DNA of 64,000 nt from Candidatus Poribacteria bacterium. GTDB taxonomy: Bacteria; Poribacteria; WGA-4E; WGA-3G. Location of the stretch: NCBI GenBank assembly GCA_965242965.1, contig OZ251518.1:5152001-5216000 (forward strand), read 5' to 3'. Within the stretch, counting starts at the first letter, position 1. Each line of letters opens with the position of its first letter. Positions 40,482 through 52,087 of the stretch are shown here, piece by piece. Under the pieces are notes generated by a model. It was given only the letters and a program-made list of their open reading frames with translations, searched no databases and was not told where the DNA came from. The position numbers and the translations under genes were made by a program.

Positions 40482-42817
40482 ATGGAACACCACATCACTC
40501 TCCCTGTCACTGGGATGCATTGCGAAAACTGCGCCACTCTCATCACGCGGAATCTGAAAAAGATGGAGGGCATTTTGTCCGCAGATGTCAGCATCGCGAC
40601 GGAGCAGGCGGCCGTTACCTTCAATGCGGATTCTGTCAGCGAGGATGCTATTGTTGACAAGATTCGCGCCCTCGGCTTTGACGTTGTCGATGCAGACGCG
40701 GAGTCAACAGCGCGCGCCGAGGAATTCCAGCGACAGAGGTTGCAATTCACCGTCGGCGTAGTTTTCACACTGCCGCTTTTCCTACTCAGCATGGGTAGAG
40801 ATTTTGGGGTTATCGGCGGCTGGGCACACGCAGCCTGGGTGAACGGACTCATGTTCGCCTTGGCGGCACCGGTGCAGTTTTATGTCGGTTGGGACTACTA
40901 CGTCGGTGGGTTTAAGGCGTTGCGCAACCGAGCCGCTAATATGGACGTGCTAGTCGCGATGGGCTCGTCTGTGGCGTTTCTCTATAGCGTCGCCGTCGCG
41001 CTTGCTGGCGATGCACTCGGCACGCACGTTTATTTTGAGACAGCGGCGGTGATTATCACGCTAATCAAGTTAGGCAAACTGCTGGAAGCACGCGCAAAAG
41101 GACAAACAAGTGCCGCTCTCAAAAACTGCTTGGGCTATCACCGAAAACGGCGTGTCTCCTAAAAAACGGGGAGGAAGAACACATTCCGATCGCACAGGTG
41201 ACAATCGGCGATTTGCTCCGCGTCCGCCCCGGTGAAAGCATGCCTGTTGATGGCATCGTGCGCACAGGAGAAAGCGCGGTTGATGAAAGCATCTTCACCG
41301 GCGAAAGTTTACCTGTAGATAAAACCGTCGGTTCAGAGGTGACAGCGGCAACGATTAACCAGAGCGGCCTGCTGACGATTGAGGCGACGCGCGTCGGTTC
41401 AGAAACCGCGCTCGCGCACCTGATTCAACTCGTGCAGGCGACGCAGCAGAGCAAGGCACCCATTCAACGCATCGCCGATGCAGTTGCAAGTGTGTTCGTG
41501 CCTGTCGTCATCGGAATCGCTTTTGTGACGTTCCTCGCGTGGTGGCTCTGGGTTGGAGAGGGGTTTACCCCCGCAATGCTACGGTTGGTAGCGGTGCTTG
41601 TCATCGCGTGCCCGTGTGCATTGGGGCTCGCCACGCCGACAGCCGTGATGGTAGGCACCGGCATCGGCGCGCAGCGCGGCATCCTCTTCCGAAATACCGA
41701 ATCGCTGGAACGCGCAGGGAAATTAGCAACGGTTATTCTTGACAAGACTGGCACCTTGACGCGGGGAGAGTTGACGCTTACGGACATCGTCTTGCGGGAG
41801 GGAGCAAGCGTGGCAAGCGCGTCTAATTCTCTCTTACGGCTTGCTGCTTCTGCTGAACGCGGAAGTGAGCATCCTATCGGCAAGGCAATTGTCCGCGCCG
41901 CTGCTGAACACGGTATTGATACCGTCGCGCCCACCCAATTCACGGCAGTCGCGGGACACGGCATCATCGCCTCTGTTGACGCAACTCCGGCCTCGTCGGG
42001 AGGCGCGCTTTGTAAACGCGCTGATGTTATCATCGGCACCCCCGCGCTCCTGCACCAACACGGAATTTCTGCAGAAGACACCGTTGGAGAGCCCTCACAC
42101 CCAGTAGGAGAGTCCTCCCGGTCTCGACAGGTAGGAGAGACCTCCCGGTCTCGATGCAGCGAAGACGCAAAACGCTTGCAAGCTGAAGCAAAAACCGTCC
42201 TTTGGGTAGCCATCAACGGAAAAATTGAAGGCATCATCGCCGTTGCAGATACGCTGAAGCCAGATGCGAAAAATGCCGTTGCCGAACTCCGCCACCTCGG
42301 TTGCGAGGTGACAATGATGACAGGCGATAACCGCGCCACCGCCGCCGCAATCGCCCAAGCCGCCGGGATTGACGATGTCATGGCGGAACTTTTGCCAGAA
42401 GACAAGGCATCGGCACTGCAGAAAAAACAGACTGAAACCGATGGCCTCGTCGCCATGGTAGGCGATGGTATTAACGACGCGCCCGCGCTCGCGCAAGCAG
42501 ATGTCGGCATGGCACTCGGCACCGGCACCGATATCGCCATGGAAACGGCAGATTTGACGCTGATGCACGGCGAGCTGCGCGCAATCCCTGAAGCGATACG
42601 CCTCAGCCGCGTCACCATGCGCACGATTCGGCAGAACCTCTTCTGGGCATTTTTCTACAACGTGCTGCTCATTCCGCTTGCCGCGGGCGTGTTTTATCCG
42701 CTAACTTTCCTACCGATGATGCTCCGCGAACTGCACCCGATGCTGGCGGCGTTCGCAATGGCGTTGAGTAGCGTTTCGGTGGTGCTAAATAGTTTGCGTT
42801 TGCAATGGAGAAAATAG
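40482..42817 (+). CDS. copA: Copper-translocating P1B-type ATPase, frameshifted at A5 tract 41121-41125
   Basis: [35 protein letters not shown] and YN motifs split over two ORFs; one extra A restores [13 protein letters not shown]. Confidence 0.88.
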
Positions 42818-45800
42818 TGATAACCTACGGAACAATCGTTAAATCCGAACTCTGGCAAGAGCCTGTTCAAGTCATCGCCTATCAGCCTATTTCTGATGGC
42901 GATGTCCATATTGTCGGCAAATTGACGCATTCGCAAAAATCGGTAGATCAGGTGCTTACATCGGCAGAGACAGCGACGTTGGAAATTGCCGCGGCGCAGT
43001 TAGATTGGACGGCGGAGGCGCGCCACGCTTTCCTCTGCCTTGAGGCGAAACGTTACCGATACGCCGCCCGCTATGCTCCCACGTTGGCAGTTAGCATCTC
43101 CAAAGTAGAGCCGCTGCCGCATCAAATCGAAGCGGTGTGGCGGGTGCTGAAACAGCAGCGCATCCGATTTCTCATCGCCGATGACCCGGGTGCAGGCAAG
43201 ACGGTAATGGCAGGGCTCATCGCGAAGGAGCTCAAACTCCGCAATCAGGCGCAACGCATCCTGATTGTCGTCCCCGGACATCTCGTCACACAGTGGATAC
43301 ACGAGATGAAAGATCGGTTTGAGGAGAATTTCATACACGTCACGCGTCCCTATGTCGATGCGCATCCGCAGGAAAACGTCTGGCATCGGGAGTCCCAGCT
43401 GATCACCTCCATAGATTTCGCGAGGCAAGACGACATCCGCGATGCCATCGCAAATGCGCAGTTCGATCTGGTTATCGTAGACGAAGCGCATAAGATGGCT
43501 GCCTATCAATATGGCGATAAAATTGAGAGAACGAAGCGGTATCAACTCGGCGAATGCCTCTCTCGCCAGACGACGCACCTTCTATTCCTCACGGCGACAC
43601 CGCACCGGGGCGATTCTGAAAACTTCCGGCTCTTCCTCGATCTACTTGAACCCGGCTTCTTCGCCGATGCCGCCCAAATTCAGGAATCAATTCAGCGGCA
43701 AGACAATCCACTCTTCATCCGCAGAATAAAAGAGGCACTCAAGGATTTTGAAGGGAATCCTCTCTTCTTGCCGCGGCACGTCAAGACACACCCGTTCCAA
43801 CTCGGTGTAGATTCTGAAAGCGAGATGAACCTCTATAATTCCCTCTCGGATTATATCAGAGAGCAGTATAACCGCTTTTCCGATGAGTCACAGAAGCGAA
43901 ACAACGTCGCCTTCGCCTTAGTCATCTTACAGCGGCGGCTCGCCTCTAGCACGCAGGCACTCTGTTTGTCCCTCCAACGCCGAAAACAGCGGCTCACAGA
44001 ACTGCTCCGGCAAGCATCCGCGATCTCAGCCGATATCTCCTCTTTGCCTAACGCACAGGCACTTGAGGAAGCGGAAGACCAGGGGGAAGCCGAACGGTGG
44101 GAACTTGAGGAGGAGTGGGCAGTCCTCTCTGTCGCCGAAAACCGCGAGGAGTTGGAAGACGAAATTGAGACGCTGAATCGTCTTGAACGCGAGGCGCAAC
44201 GGATTATTGACAGCGAAAGCGAACTCAAACTCAAGGCTCTCCGAGATGCGCTTGATGAACTGAATACAGAATACCCGAATCAGAAAATTCTCATCTTCAC
44301 GGAGTATTTTGATACGCTGGATTACCTTGAGCAGAAGGTAAAGGCGTGGGGATTTTCTGTCTCGGTTATCCACGGGAAAATGCCGCACGAACAGCGGATA
44401 GCGGCGCAGGATGCATTTCGGGATGAGACGCAACTCCTCTTGGCAACCGAAGCCGCGGGCGAAGGCATTAATCTCCAGTTCTGCCACCTTATGCTCAACT
44501 ATGATCTTCCGTGGAACCCGAATCGCTTGGAACAGCGGATGGGGCGCATCCACCGCTACGGACAGAAAAACGAGGTGCATGTCATCAATCTTGTCTCCAC
44601 CGATACGCGAGAGGGTGCCGTTTTTAACCGTCTTTTTGACAAACTGGAGACGATTCGCGCCGAACTCGGCAGCGACAGGGTTTACGATGTCATCGGCGAA
44701 CTCTTTCCGAAAAAGAATCTGGCGCAACTCATCTTGGAAGCCGCGACGAATACCCGCGGCGAGAGCCAAACCATCGTTGACGAACTTGAAACGACGCTGG
44801 ATGAGGCGCAACTCAACTTCCTGAAGGAATTCAATCAGGAGACGCTTGTCTCGCCTTTCATCAACTTGCCAGATGTGAAATCCCTCCAGCAGCAGTCCCG
44901 TGAGCAAGGCCTTATCCCGGAATACACGCGCGAATTCTTCCGGAAGGCACTTGAAACCCTCGGCGGTGAACTCCGACTGCGCAGAGATGGATTTTTCACG
45001 CTCCCGCGCATCCCAGCGGAAATCTGGAGAATTGCCCAGAAAACATCCAATACCGGTAGGAGAGACCTCCTGGTCTCGACAAATAGGAAAGCCCTCCCGG
45101 TCTCGACAAGTAGGCGAGACCTCGGGACTCGAAAACTGACGTTCGACAAATCCCTCGCGCAGGCGGACTCGACGGCAGAATTCATATCGTTCGGGCATCC
45201 ACTTTTCGAGGCGGTTATCCAGTGGGCAGAGCAAACCCTCGCCGATGCCCTCAAAACCGGTGCCTGCTTTGAAGACCCGGGGGGCAAATACAACGGTGTC
45301 ATCGCCTTTTACGAAGGTGAAATCTGCGACGGTGCGGACGCAATCGCCGGAAAACGACTCTTTGCTTTTTACCTCCCCGAAAACAGCGACGGTGTTACCA
45401 CAATCAACCCGACGCTTCTCTGGGATTTCCAAGAGGCAGAAGCGACTCCGGAAACAACACCGATGCAGATCGCTGACTTGGAGGCGAAAGTCGGCGTGCA
45501 CGTCCTCCAGCAGCTTGAGGAATATAAGCAAGAACTGGCCGGGGAACGTCAACGGCAGGTGGACATCAAAAGGCGATACGGTATCGCATCGTTGGAGCAA
45601 CTTATCATCAAACTAGATGGCGAGCTGCTAGAATTAGATATCCGTAGCAACAACGGCGAAGATGTTCGGCTTGTCAGACAAAACAAGCAGGAACAGAAAA
45701 CCCATTACGATGACAGGAAAGCGCGGTTGGAGGAGGCATGCCAGCAAGAAGTAACGCTTTTCAGAAAGCCTCCCACGTTTGCCGGTGCGATTCGCGTCAG

Positions 45801-46209
45801 ACCGGCGGCGGATGCCGATGCCTCCATGAAAACCGCTCCAGAAATTGAACGTATCGGCATGGAAGAAGCTACCCGTTATGAGGAAGAGCAGGGGAACACC
45901 GTCGAAGATGTCTCGGCAGAGAACCTCGGCTTCGATCTTCGTTCAACGACTCCTGATGGCTCTGTTCGATGCATTGAGGTAAAAGCCCGCGCTCTCCGCG
46001 CGCCGATAGTCCTCACTTGGAACGAATGGCACAAAGCGCGGCAACTGAAGGATGCCTATTATCTCTACGTTGTCTTCAACGCTGCCACGGAGCCGGAACT
46101 TCACCGTATTCAGGATCCGGCGCGGCTCCCGAACGTGCGTCCTATCACGGAGGTTCGGTATCAAGTTTCGGTTTCGGAGATAGTGGGGAATGGCTCCCTG
46201 GGAACGTAA
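42805..46209 (+). CDS. SNF2-family helicase with C-terminal DUF3883 nuclease-like domain
   Basis: [50 protein letters not shown]. Confidence 0.93.
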   Translation: MEKIVITYGTIVKSELWQEPVQVIAYQPISDGDVHIVGKLTHSQKSVDQVLTSAETATLEIAAAQLDWTAEARHAFLCLEAKRYRYAARYAPTLAVSISKVEPLPHQIEAVWRVLKQQRIRFLIADDPGAGKTVMAGLIAKELKLRNQAQRILIVVPGHLVTQWIHEMKDRFEENFIHVTRPYVDAHPQENVWHRESQLITSIDFARQDDIRDAIANAQFDLVIVDEAHKMAAYQYGDKIERTKRYQLGECLSRQTTHLLFLTATPHRGDSENFRLFLDLLEPGFFADAAQIQESIQRQDNPLFIRRIKEALKDFEGNPLFLPRHVKTHPFQLGVDSESEMNLYNSLSDYIREQYNRFSDESQKRNNVAFALVILQRRLASSTQALCLSLQRRKQRLTELLRQASAISADISSLPNAQALEEAEDQGEAERWELEEEWAVLSVAENREELEDEIETLNRLEREAQRIIDSESELKLKALRDALDELNTEYPNQKILIFTEYFDTLDYLEQKVKAWGFSVSVIHGKMPHEQRIAAQDAFRDETQLLLATEAAGEGINLQFCHLMLNYDLPWNPNRLEQRMGRIHRYGQKNEVHVINLVSTDTREGAVFNRLFDKLETIRAELGSDRVYDVIGELFPKKNLAQLILEAATNTRGESQTIVDELETTLDEAQLNFLKEFNQETLVSPFINLPDVKSLQQQSREQGLIPEYTREFFRKALETLGGELRLRRDGFFTLPRIPAEIWRIAQKTSNTGRRDLLVSTNRKALPVSTSRRDLGTRKLTFDKSLAQADSTAEFISFGHPLFEAVIQWAEQTLADALKTGACFEDPGGKYNGVIAFYEGEICDGADAIAGKRLFAFYLPENSDGVTTINPTLLWDFQEAEATPETTPMQIADLEAKVGVHVLQQLEEYKQELAGERQRQVDIKRRYGIASLEQLIIKLDGELLELDIRSNNGEDVRLVRQNKQEQKTHYDDRKARLEEACQQEVTLFRKPPTFAGAIRVRPAADADASMKTAPEIERIGMEEATRYEEEQGNTVEDVSAENLGFDLRSTTPDGSVRCIEVKARALRAPIVLTWNEWHKARQLKDAYYLYVVFNAATEPELHRIQDPARLPNVRPITEVRYQVSVSEIVGNGSLGT

Positions 46210-46388
46210 TATAGTAGTTGCAGGAGATAGTTCTGAGGGGCACGTAGCGCGGGGGCCTGTCCCCCGCGTTGCCGTGGCCCACAAAGGCGGCCGATTTCGC
46301 AAATCACGGCCACCTCCCCTTTAACTTGCAATTTAAAACTCGGACATTGTATAATATGCTAATGTCAATTGCAAGCGAGGATGAACTT

Positions 46389-46862
46389 ATGGACGAAAAA
46401 CAAGAACTGCTAGCAATCTACAAACTGCACGCGGAACTCGCCGACAGCGTCAGCAGACAACGCGCTACAGCAAACCGCTTCTATATGCTGGTGCTGTCCG
46501 GATTAGTCGTCCTCTTTTCCGCGCTGATCCAACGTCAAAACGGCATCCCACTCGGCATCCTCATGGTAGGTTTCGGGCTATTCGGTATGCTTTTGGCGGC
46601 GGCATGGTATGTCGTCATCCGTTCCTATCGCCAACTAAATTCCGGCAAATTCAAGGCGTTGCACGAATTGGAGGCGAAACTCGCCTACCCATTTTTCAAA
46701 CGCGAATGGGAATTGCTTGAGGAGGGGAAGGAACGGAAAACCTATTGGCGGCTAACTATCGTTGAAACGTTCGTGCCGTTCATTTTCTTTATCTGTTTCG
46801 TCGTCTTGCTAATTATCGGGATTTACCTCCTGGTTGCAAATGGGGCTGGCGGCGCGCAATGA
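46389..46862 (+). CDS. Small membrane protein, RipA-like family
   Basis: VSRQRATANRF, W---IRSYRQLNSGKF..LE..F-REW pattern with three hydrophobic segments. Confidence 0.7.
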   Translation: MDEKQELLAIYKLHAELADSVSRQRATANRFYMLVLSGLVVLFSALIQRQNGIPLGILMVGFGLFGMLLAAAWYVVIRSYRQLNSGKFKALHELEAKLAYPFFKREWELLEEGKERKTYWRLTIVETFVPFIFFICFVVLLIIGIYLLVANGAGGAQ

Positions 46863-46870
46863 AAATTAAT

Positions 46871-47426
46871 TGAGGGTGTTTCATAACTCAAGAAACTGTC
46901 CGGTTACCGTAGCGCGGGGGACAGGCCCCCGCGAGCGTCCCGTAGGAGAGACCGCCCGGTCTCAATGCAACACTCTAAACCTTATTAAGGTCCTACGGAC
47001 CTTGATAGGGTGAAGCACGTGTTTCTATAGACATTTAGGTCCTACGGACCTAAAAGAGCGGTTCGGTGGACCGCAGCCTGGCGAGGGGAACCCTCTCGCA
47101 TGCGCGTGTGGCATGCGAGGGCCCTCGCCCTACGGTGAAAGGGGGCCGTTCTGCGGCCAAGAAACCGTCCGGTTACCGTAGCGCGGGGGCCTGTCCCCCG
47201 CGATCTCCATCGTCACGATGAGTGTTTCCCCTTCTGTAGTTCGGGAGCGCCCGCTCCCGAACGGGTCAGGATCAGGCGATCCTGAACTACAGCGGTGAGG
47301 CGGTCTGCCAGCCAAACGCATGGCGAGGGACAGGTTTTCCCACCGCCCTACGTGAAGAGTCGGCGTTTTTTACCGTAGCGCGGGGCATGTCACCGTTAAC
47401 GTTGAGCGATTTATGAAACACCCTCA
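46871..47426. mobile_element. MITE-like TIR shell with REP cargo
   Basis: AAATTAATTGAGGGTGTTTCATAA ... TTATGAAACACCCTCAATTAATTT (perfect 24-bp inversion including flanks). Confidence 0.88.
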
Positions 47427-47500
47427 ATTAATTTGACAAATTTCGTTTTTATGTGGTATCATTTAAATGTAGACGAATTTTCCCACAAAAGGAGAACGAT

Positions 47501-48748
47501 ATGCTGAGAGAGGATTTAGCGATTGTCCCAATCGTTAGGGAAGCCACCCGCGCGCAAAGTGAGACCGTAGAGAGCGTTATCACCCGTTGGAATAGCGGGC
47601 GTATCGTCATTCCGGATTACCAGCGCGACGCAGAGCAGTGGGATCACCGGAAAGAATCCCTCTTCATTGAATCGTTGTTGAACAATCTTACTACACCGGC
47701 GTTCTTTTTTTCGGAAAACCACGAAACCGGTTCTATAGAGGTAGTTGACGGCCAACAACGGCTGAGCACCATCCTGAAATATGCGAAGGACCAGCTGCGT
47801 TTAATGGGCAATGGGGCTATTAACTATTTTGCCCCGCAAAACGTCCACTATAGCGGGAAAAATTTTTCGGAACTACCGAGGGCGTTCCAAAACGTCTTTA
47901 ACGACTATCCGCTCACGATTATTTACCTCCCGCCGAGCCTAGAGCTTTCAACGAAATTGGAAATCTTCCGGCGCATCAACGAAGGTGGAACGCCGCTCAC
48001 CGCGCACGATATCCGGCTCTCTTACTATAGCAAATCTAAGTGCGTTTATTTCATCCGCCTCGCCGGACTTTACGCAGAAACACCGGCTGCTCAGCGTATG
48101 GTAGCCGCTGCCGCGAAAAAGGAGGTTGCCAACCCGTGGAAACAATATCCTGACACGTGGGACCTCTGGAAAGCATGGTGGGAAGGTAAAGAACTCGCCA
48201 AAGGGCAAACTCCCTCGGCGATGATTCTCTGGTACCTCGTGTTTGGGCACAGAGAAAAGTTGCATAGCCTCATTTCCTCTCCGAATTCCATGAAGCATCT
48301 CCCGCTTGTGTTTCATGGTTCAACAGAAGAGGCACTTGACATCTATTGCGCGCAGTTGCAATACACCGACGATACAAAAGGTGGAACCCCGGTCTTCCCG
48401 ACTTACGGGAACGGGCTTGAAGCCGAATTCCAGAACTTCGTGAAGTGGATCGGCGCAATCCTCCAAAGCGGACTCCCCGGACTCAGTGTGGATAAATACA
48501 AACAAATGGCGTTGTTCATCGGAGCTGCAGTTGAATTGGGACTGGATCCGGCACAGTTGAACGATGGGACATGGGATGCAATCGCAGAATTTATACAAAC
48601 ACCGCGCTTGGCCGGAGAAAAGTGGCTTGCTGAAGAAGGAGGATATCCAGAATCAAGGGGCCGCTGGAAAGGCGAACGCGGACAAAAGACGCAATGTGAT
48701 ATGGCGAAACTCCTTTTATCACGAATTGTGGCGGAGTACTCATCATGA
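47501..48748 (+). CDS. DUF262 (GmrS/ParB-like) domain protein
   Basis: PDYQR, FIESLL, VVDGQQRL, IFRRINEGG-PL. Confidence 0.9.
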   Translation: MLREDLAIVPIVREATRAQSETVESVITRWNSGRIVIPDYQRDAEQWDHRKESLFIESLLNNLTTPAFFFSENHETGSIEVVDGQQRLSTILKYAKDQLRLMGNGAINYFAPQNVHYSGKNFSELPRAFQNVFNDYPLTIIYLPPSLELSTKLEIFRRINEGGTPLTAHDIRLSYYSKSKCVYFIRLAGLYAETPAAQRMVAAAAKKEVANPWKQYPDTWDLWKAWWEGKELAKGQTPSAMILWYLVFGHREKLHSLISSPNSMKHLPLVFHGSTEEALDIYCAQLQYTDDTKGGTPVFPTYGNGLEAEFQNFVKWIGAILQSGLPGLSVDKYKQMALFIGAAVELGLDPAQLNDGTWDAIAEFIQTPRLAGEKWLAEEGGYPESRGRWKGERGQKTQCDMAKLLLSRIVAEYSS

Positions 48749-49017
48749 GCAAACTTCCAAAACATCTCCCGCCACGCGACCCGCGGGCACGGACTTTCCC
48801 AACCGCGTGGAAAGAATCGTATTTCCGAAGAAATTTCGACAAGAACCGCGGCGGCTATATCTGTCCGGATTGCAATAAAGCTTTCGCCGGACCCGCAGGG
48901 TTCCGGCAACTGGACGCGGATCACATCAAGCCCTATGCAAAAGGTGGACTAACCGTATGGGAAAACCTTATCTTGCGGTGCAAACCCTGCAACTCGGCGA
49001 AGAGTGACAAAATGTAG
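48745..49017 (+). CDS. Stand-alone HNH endonuclease
   Basis: CPDC, DHIKPYAKGG-T--ENL---C-PCN; ATGA-coupled to the DUF262 gene. Confidence 0.9.
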   Translation: MSKLPKHLPPRDPRARTFPTAWKESYFRRNFDKNRGGYICPDCNKAFAGPAGFRQLDADHIKPYAKGGLTVWENLILRCKPCNSAKSDKM

Positions 49018-49235
49018 AAAACCCAAAACGATTTGGAATTACGCTACAATCTCAACGTAATTCCAAAATCTCCGCGATGGAGGCAAACATGCTTAACTTT
49101 TTTAGTAGTCTCTTTTGATTTTCATCTTCTCAAACTAGACGCTAATACCTATTCAGAGGGTGCATAGGGAAACGACTTTCGTAAAAAATGGAAAAATTTT
49201 TAATTTCCCGAAAATAGTACCATAATGATGTTAGT

Positions 49236-49686
49236 TGAGGGGGGGGTCATATTTCGAGGCGTTCGGTAGGAGAGACCTTCTGGTCTCGATTTCTTCCTTG
49301 TAGGCGAGACCTCCTGGTCTCGATGCGCCGGTAGGCATCGGGCCCACCTCTGTAGTTCGGGAGCGCCCGCTCCCGAACAGGTCAGAATCAGGCGATCCTG
49401 ACCTACAGGGTCTGGCGCACGAACGATGGCGAGGGAAACCCGCTCGCATGCGCGTGTGGCATGGCGAGGGACAGGCCCTCGCCCTACGTGAAGGGACGGC
49501 GTTTTTTTTATCGTAGCGCGGGGGCCTGTCCCCCGCGAACGTTGGAGTGCACGAACGATGGCGAGGGACAGGCCCTCGCCCTACGTGAGGGGAGGCGTTT
49601 TTTATCGTAGCGCGGGGCCTCGGATGCCACACGCACACCCGAGCGGGTTTCCCCCGCGACGTTGAGCGATTTATGAAACACCCTGA
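49236..49686. mobile_element. MITE-like TIR shell (degenerate left end) with REP cargo
   Basis: TGAGGGGGGGGTCATA ... TATGAAACACCCTGA. Confidence 0.8.
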
Positions 49687-49718
49687 ATTAACAAACTACG
49701 CAATATGGAGGAATTCAA

Positions 49719-50162
49719 ATGACTTTGACAAAGGTTACCGTTCCCCAGAAGCATGATATGATTCTGCCCCGACTCAGACTGATGTCTGATGGACAAGGAT
49801 ACGGCATAAAGCAGATGGAAGAAGCTGTCATCGCAGATCTCGCGTTATCCGTTGAGCAGACGGAAATGCGGGTTGGCTCCGGGCAGCAGAAGCAGGTTTA
49901 CAATCGGATTAGTTATAGCAACACCGATTGCAAACACGCGGGTTATATTGAGCCCATTGAGAATAAACAGTGGCGAATCACGCCACTGGGACTGGAGGCT
50001 TACGAACTCCTTGAAGAATTGGAAACACAAGGACGTAGTGACGAGTCTATTCCACTTCTTCGCGAAATGGCCAAACCCAAGCACAATTTTATGGGCTCGC
50101 CGATAGGTGCTGTGACTGTGAAGGAGCTTAAACGGCTCCTTGGCGGTGCGACTTCGGGTTAG
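49719..50162 (+). CDS. Mrr N-terminal winged-helix domain protein, no nuclease domain
   Basis: VP----ILP-L-LMSDG, SGQ---YNRISY, AGYI, WRIT-LG. Confidence 0.75.
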   Translation: MTLTKVTVPQKHDMILPRLRLMSDGQGYGIKQMEEAVIADLALSVEQTEMRVGSGQQKQVYNRISYSNTDCKHAGYIEPIENKQWRITPLGLEAYELLEELETQGRSDESIPLLREMAKPKHNFMGSPIGAVTVKELKRLLGGATSG

Positions 50163-50287
50163 GATAGGAGCCTGATCCGCTTGACTCTATACTTCCTGCG
50201 GATGTAAGGCGAGGTCTTTTGCTAGTTCAAACTCGGCAAGGCACAAGGCTTTGCCCTACAGCCCAAATCAGGACGAAAAAAATAAAT

Positions 50288-50316
50288 TTGACAATTAATC
50301 GAAAATATGGTATCAT
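50288..50316 (+). promoter_or_regulatory. Sigma70 promoter copy P1
   Basis: TTGACA-17-TATCAT inside AAATTTGACAA..TTGTCAAATTT inverted repeat. Confidence 0.75.
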
Positions 50317-50579
50317 ATTAACAAGTTGTCAAATTTTCCCAACAACTCTACTCAAACGGCAGAGACATTTCTCCCCTTTCTGTAGTTTGCGATCGCCTGA
50401 TCGCAAACAAGTCAAGATCTGGCGATCTTGACTTACAGGGAGGGCACGTGTTTTCGATTTTCAGGAGCGACATCCAAACCGAAAACTAAATGACTCTGAC
50501 CAAAATTTTAAACTTGCTAAACATTCGGGATTATGTTAAAATTTAGCATAATCCCGAAATCTTCGCGATGGAGGCACGC

Positions 50580-50855
50580 ATGTTTAACTTTTTAACAGGT
50601 CTCTTTCGTAAAGAGACACCTGAACCCCCAACCACAGAGGCTCTCTTGAACCGTATCCCTTTCCACCTCGTGGAGGATTGGAAACCCGGCGACAGAGTGA
50701 GTTTCGCTGGCAGCCCTGGGAAGATTTATGATATTGTTCCTCATGAGATTCCCTCAGGGGAAAAGATCGCATCTATTGGTGTGATGTATGACGATGAGCC
50801 GGGTGTCATTCGGCTTGTTGAATCTGATTTTCACTTACTCAAATTTGAAGGCTGA
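50580..50855 (+). CDS. Small hypothetical protein (SH3/KOW-like beta pattern)
   Basis: GGAGG RBS, own promoter TTGCTA-17-TAAAAT; WKPGDRV...GKI pattern. Confidence 0.7.
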   Translation: MFNFLTGLFRKETPEPPTTEALLNRIPFHLVEDWKPGDRVSFAGSPGKIYDIVPHEIPSGEKIASIGVMYDDEPGVIRLVESDFHLLKFEG

Positions 50856-50973
50856 TATCGACTCAGCGGCCGCGTAAGGGAACAGCTTCCCTCGGTTGCT
50901 ATACTGGAGAGAGGGTTTGCTGTTTTGACAGCACAGTGACCCTCCCCACCACGATAACGCTCAAAGGATTGAA

Positions 50974-51861
50974 ATGAAACAAGATCAAGTCATCATCTGG
51001 AAAGAGTTATCGCAGCAGATTGCCGCTTGCGCTTTTTCCAAAGCAGACTTAAGAACGCTTTGTGAAAGACTACAAGAGGCGAGTTACGAAGCAGCGAATG
51101 AGGAAATAAGCCATTACGCGCCGCCGGATCGGCCTGAAGAAGAAATCCTCAAAGATAAAGAATTGCTCAAATCGGGATTTGAACTCAAGGTAACCGTGAG
51201 CGGCATGAACGACGAGACGGTTTTTGGCACAATTCCTATGGTGTTTGACTCTGCCCGTTTTCCGGAAAAAATTAAGAGTCTTTATATCAACAGTAGCCAA
51301 GAGTTAAGAAATCTACACGACTGGGCTCCGCGGAATCGTTTTGAGTTGCTCTTAGATTTCACCAAACCCGCACGCATCAATTTCTTACTGGCACCCGCTG
51401 GGCCTACTCCGAACGCAAGCAAGATTCTTGTTACCGGACTGAATTCTGCTTGGGTTAATGGGGTCTATAGGGACGTTGTGGACTTCGTTAGGGGACGAAA
51501 AACGCATCGCCGACTGCTCCACAGAAGTGGGGTTTATGATTTGCTCCTCCTCTGCGGAGGCATCCCCTTCGCCTTTTCGATCTCCGCAAAACTCTCCGGC
51601 ATCATGAACACGCTGTTCGGCGAACTCTCCGGACTCCTGCACAGTGCCGCACAAGTCTATGTCTTCTTCATCGCACTCAGTTTGTTCCGAATCGTGTTTG
51701 ACTACGCCCGATGGATCTTCCCACTCGTAGAATATCAAGACCCGAGCGGAACAGTTATCAAACATAGAATCTTTTTGGGAGGACTCATCCTCGGCGTTCT
51801 CGGAAATTTCATCCATGATCTTCTCAAAATTCTCCCAGGCTTCCTGACCCCAAATCCCTAA
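50974..51861 (+). CDS. Hypothetical protein with three C-terminal transmembrane helices
   Basis: 295-aa ORF with hydrophobic C-terminal segments. Confidence 0.75.
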   Translation: MKQDQVIIWKELSQQIAACAFSKADLRTLCERLQEASYEAANEEISHYAPPDRPEEEILKDKELLKSGFELKVTVSGMNDETVFGTIPMVFDSARFPEKIKSLYINSSQELRNLHDWAPRNRFELLLDFTKPARINFLLAPAGPTPNASKILVTGLNSAWVNGVYRDVVDFVRGRKTHRRLLHRSGVYDLLLLCGGIPFAFSISAKLSGIMNTLFGELSGLLHSAAQVYVFFIALSLFRIVFDYARWIFPLVEYQDPSGTVIKHRIFLGGLILGVLGNFIHDLLKILPGFLTPNP

Positions 51862-51886
51862 AAATCCGTTATTTGTAAAAATAAAT

Positions 51887-52046
51887 TTGACAATTAATCC
51901 AAAATATGGTATCATATTCAACACATTGTCAAATTTTTCAAAAAAACGGAGACCAGCGTGAAACAACGACAAACGCATCATCGAAACCGATGAATGTCTC
52001 TAAAATAAAAAATAAATTTGACAATTAACCCATTTTGTGGCATCAT
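51887..52046 (+). promoter_or_regulatory. Tandem promoter copies P2 and P3 upstream of the DUF1156 gene
   Basis: TTGACA-17-TATCAT (51887-51915) and TTGACA-17-CATCAT (52018-52046). Confidence 0.75.
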
Positions 52047-52087
52047 ATTAACACGTTTTCCACTATTCTACCCAAACGGAGACTCGC

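Noticed and set aside
41101-41200. Programmed frameshift like E. coli copA/CopA(Z)
   Set aside because: The break is about 213 codons in, after membrane helices, not right after the metal-binding domain, and full-length protein would require the shift.
41464-45600. Long antisense ORFs 41464-42624 and 44026-45600
   Set aside because: Shadow frames opposite well-supported copA and helicase genes.
50865-50950. Riboswitch or ncRNA before the 3-TM gene
   Set aside because: Only an imperfect hairpin (GAGGGT..ACCCTC) with no recognisable family motif or second copy.
46210-52087. Integron cassette array
   Set aside because: No integrase or attC-like sites; the genes carry their own promoters.
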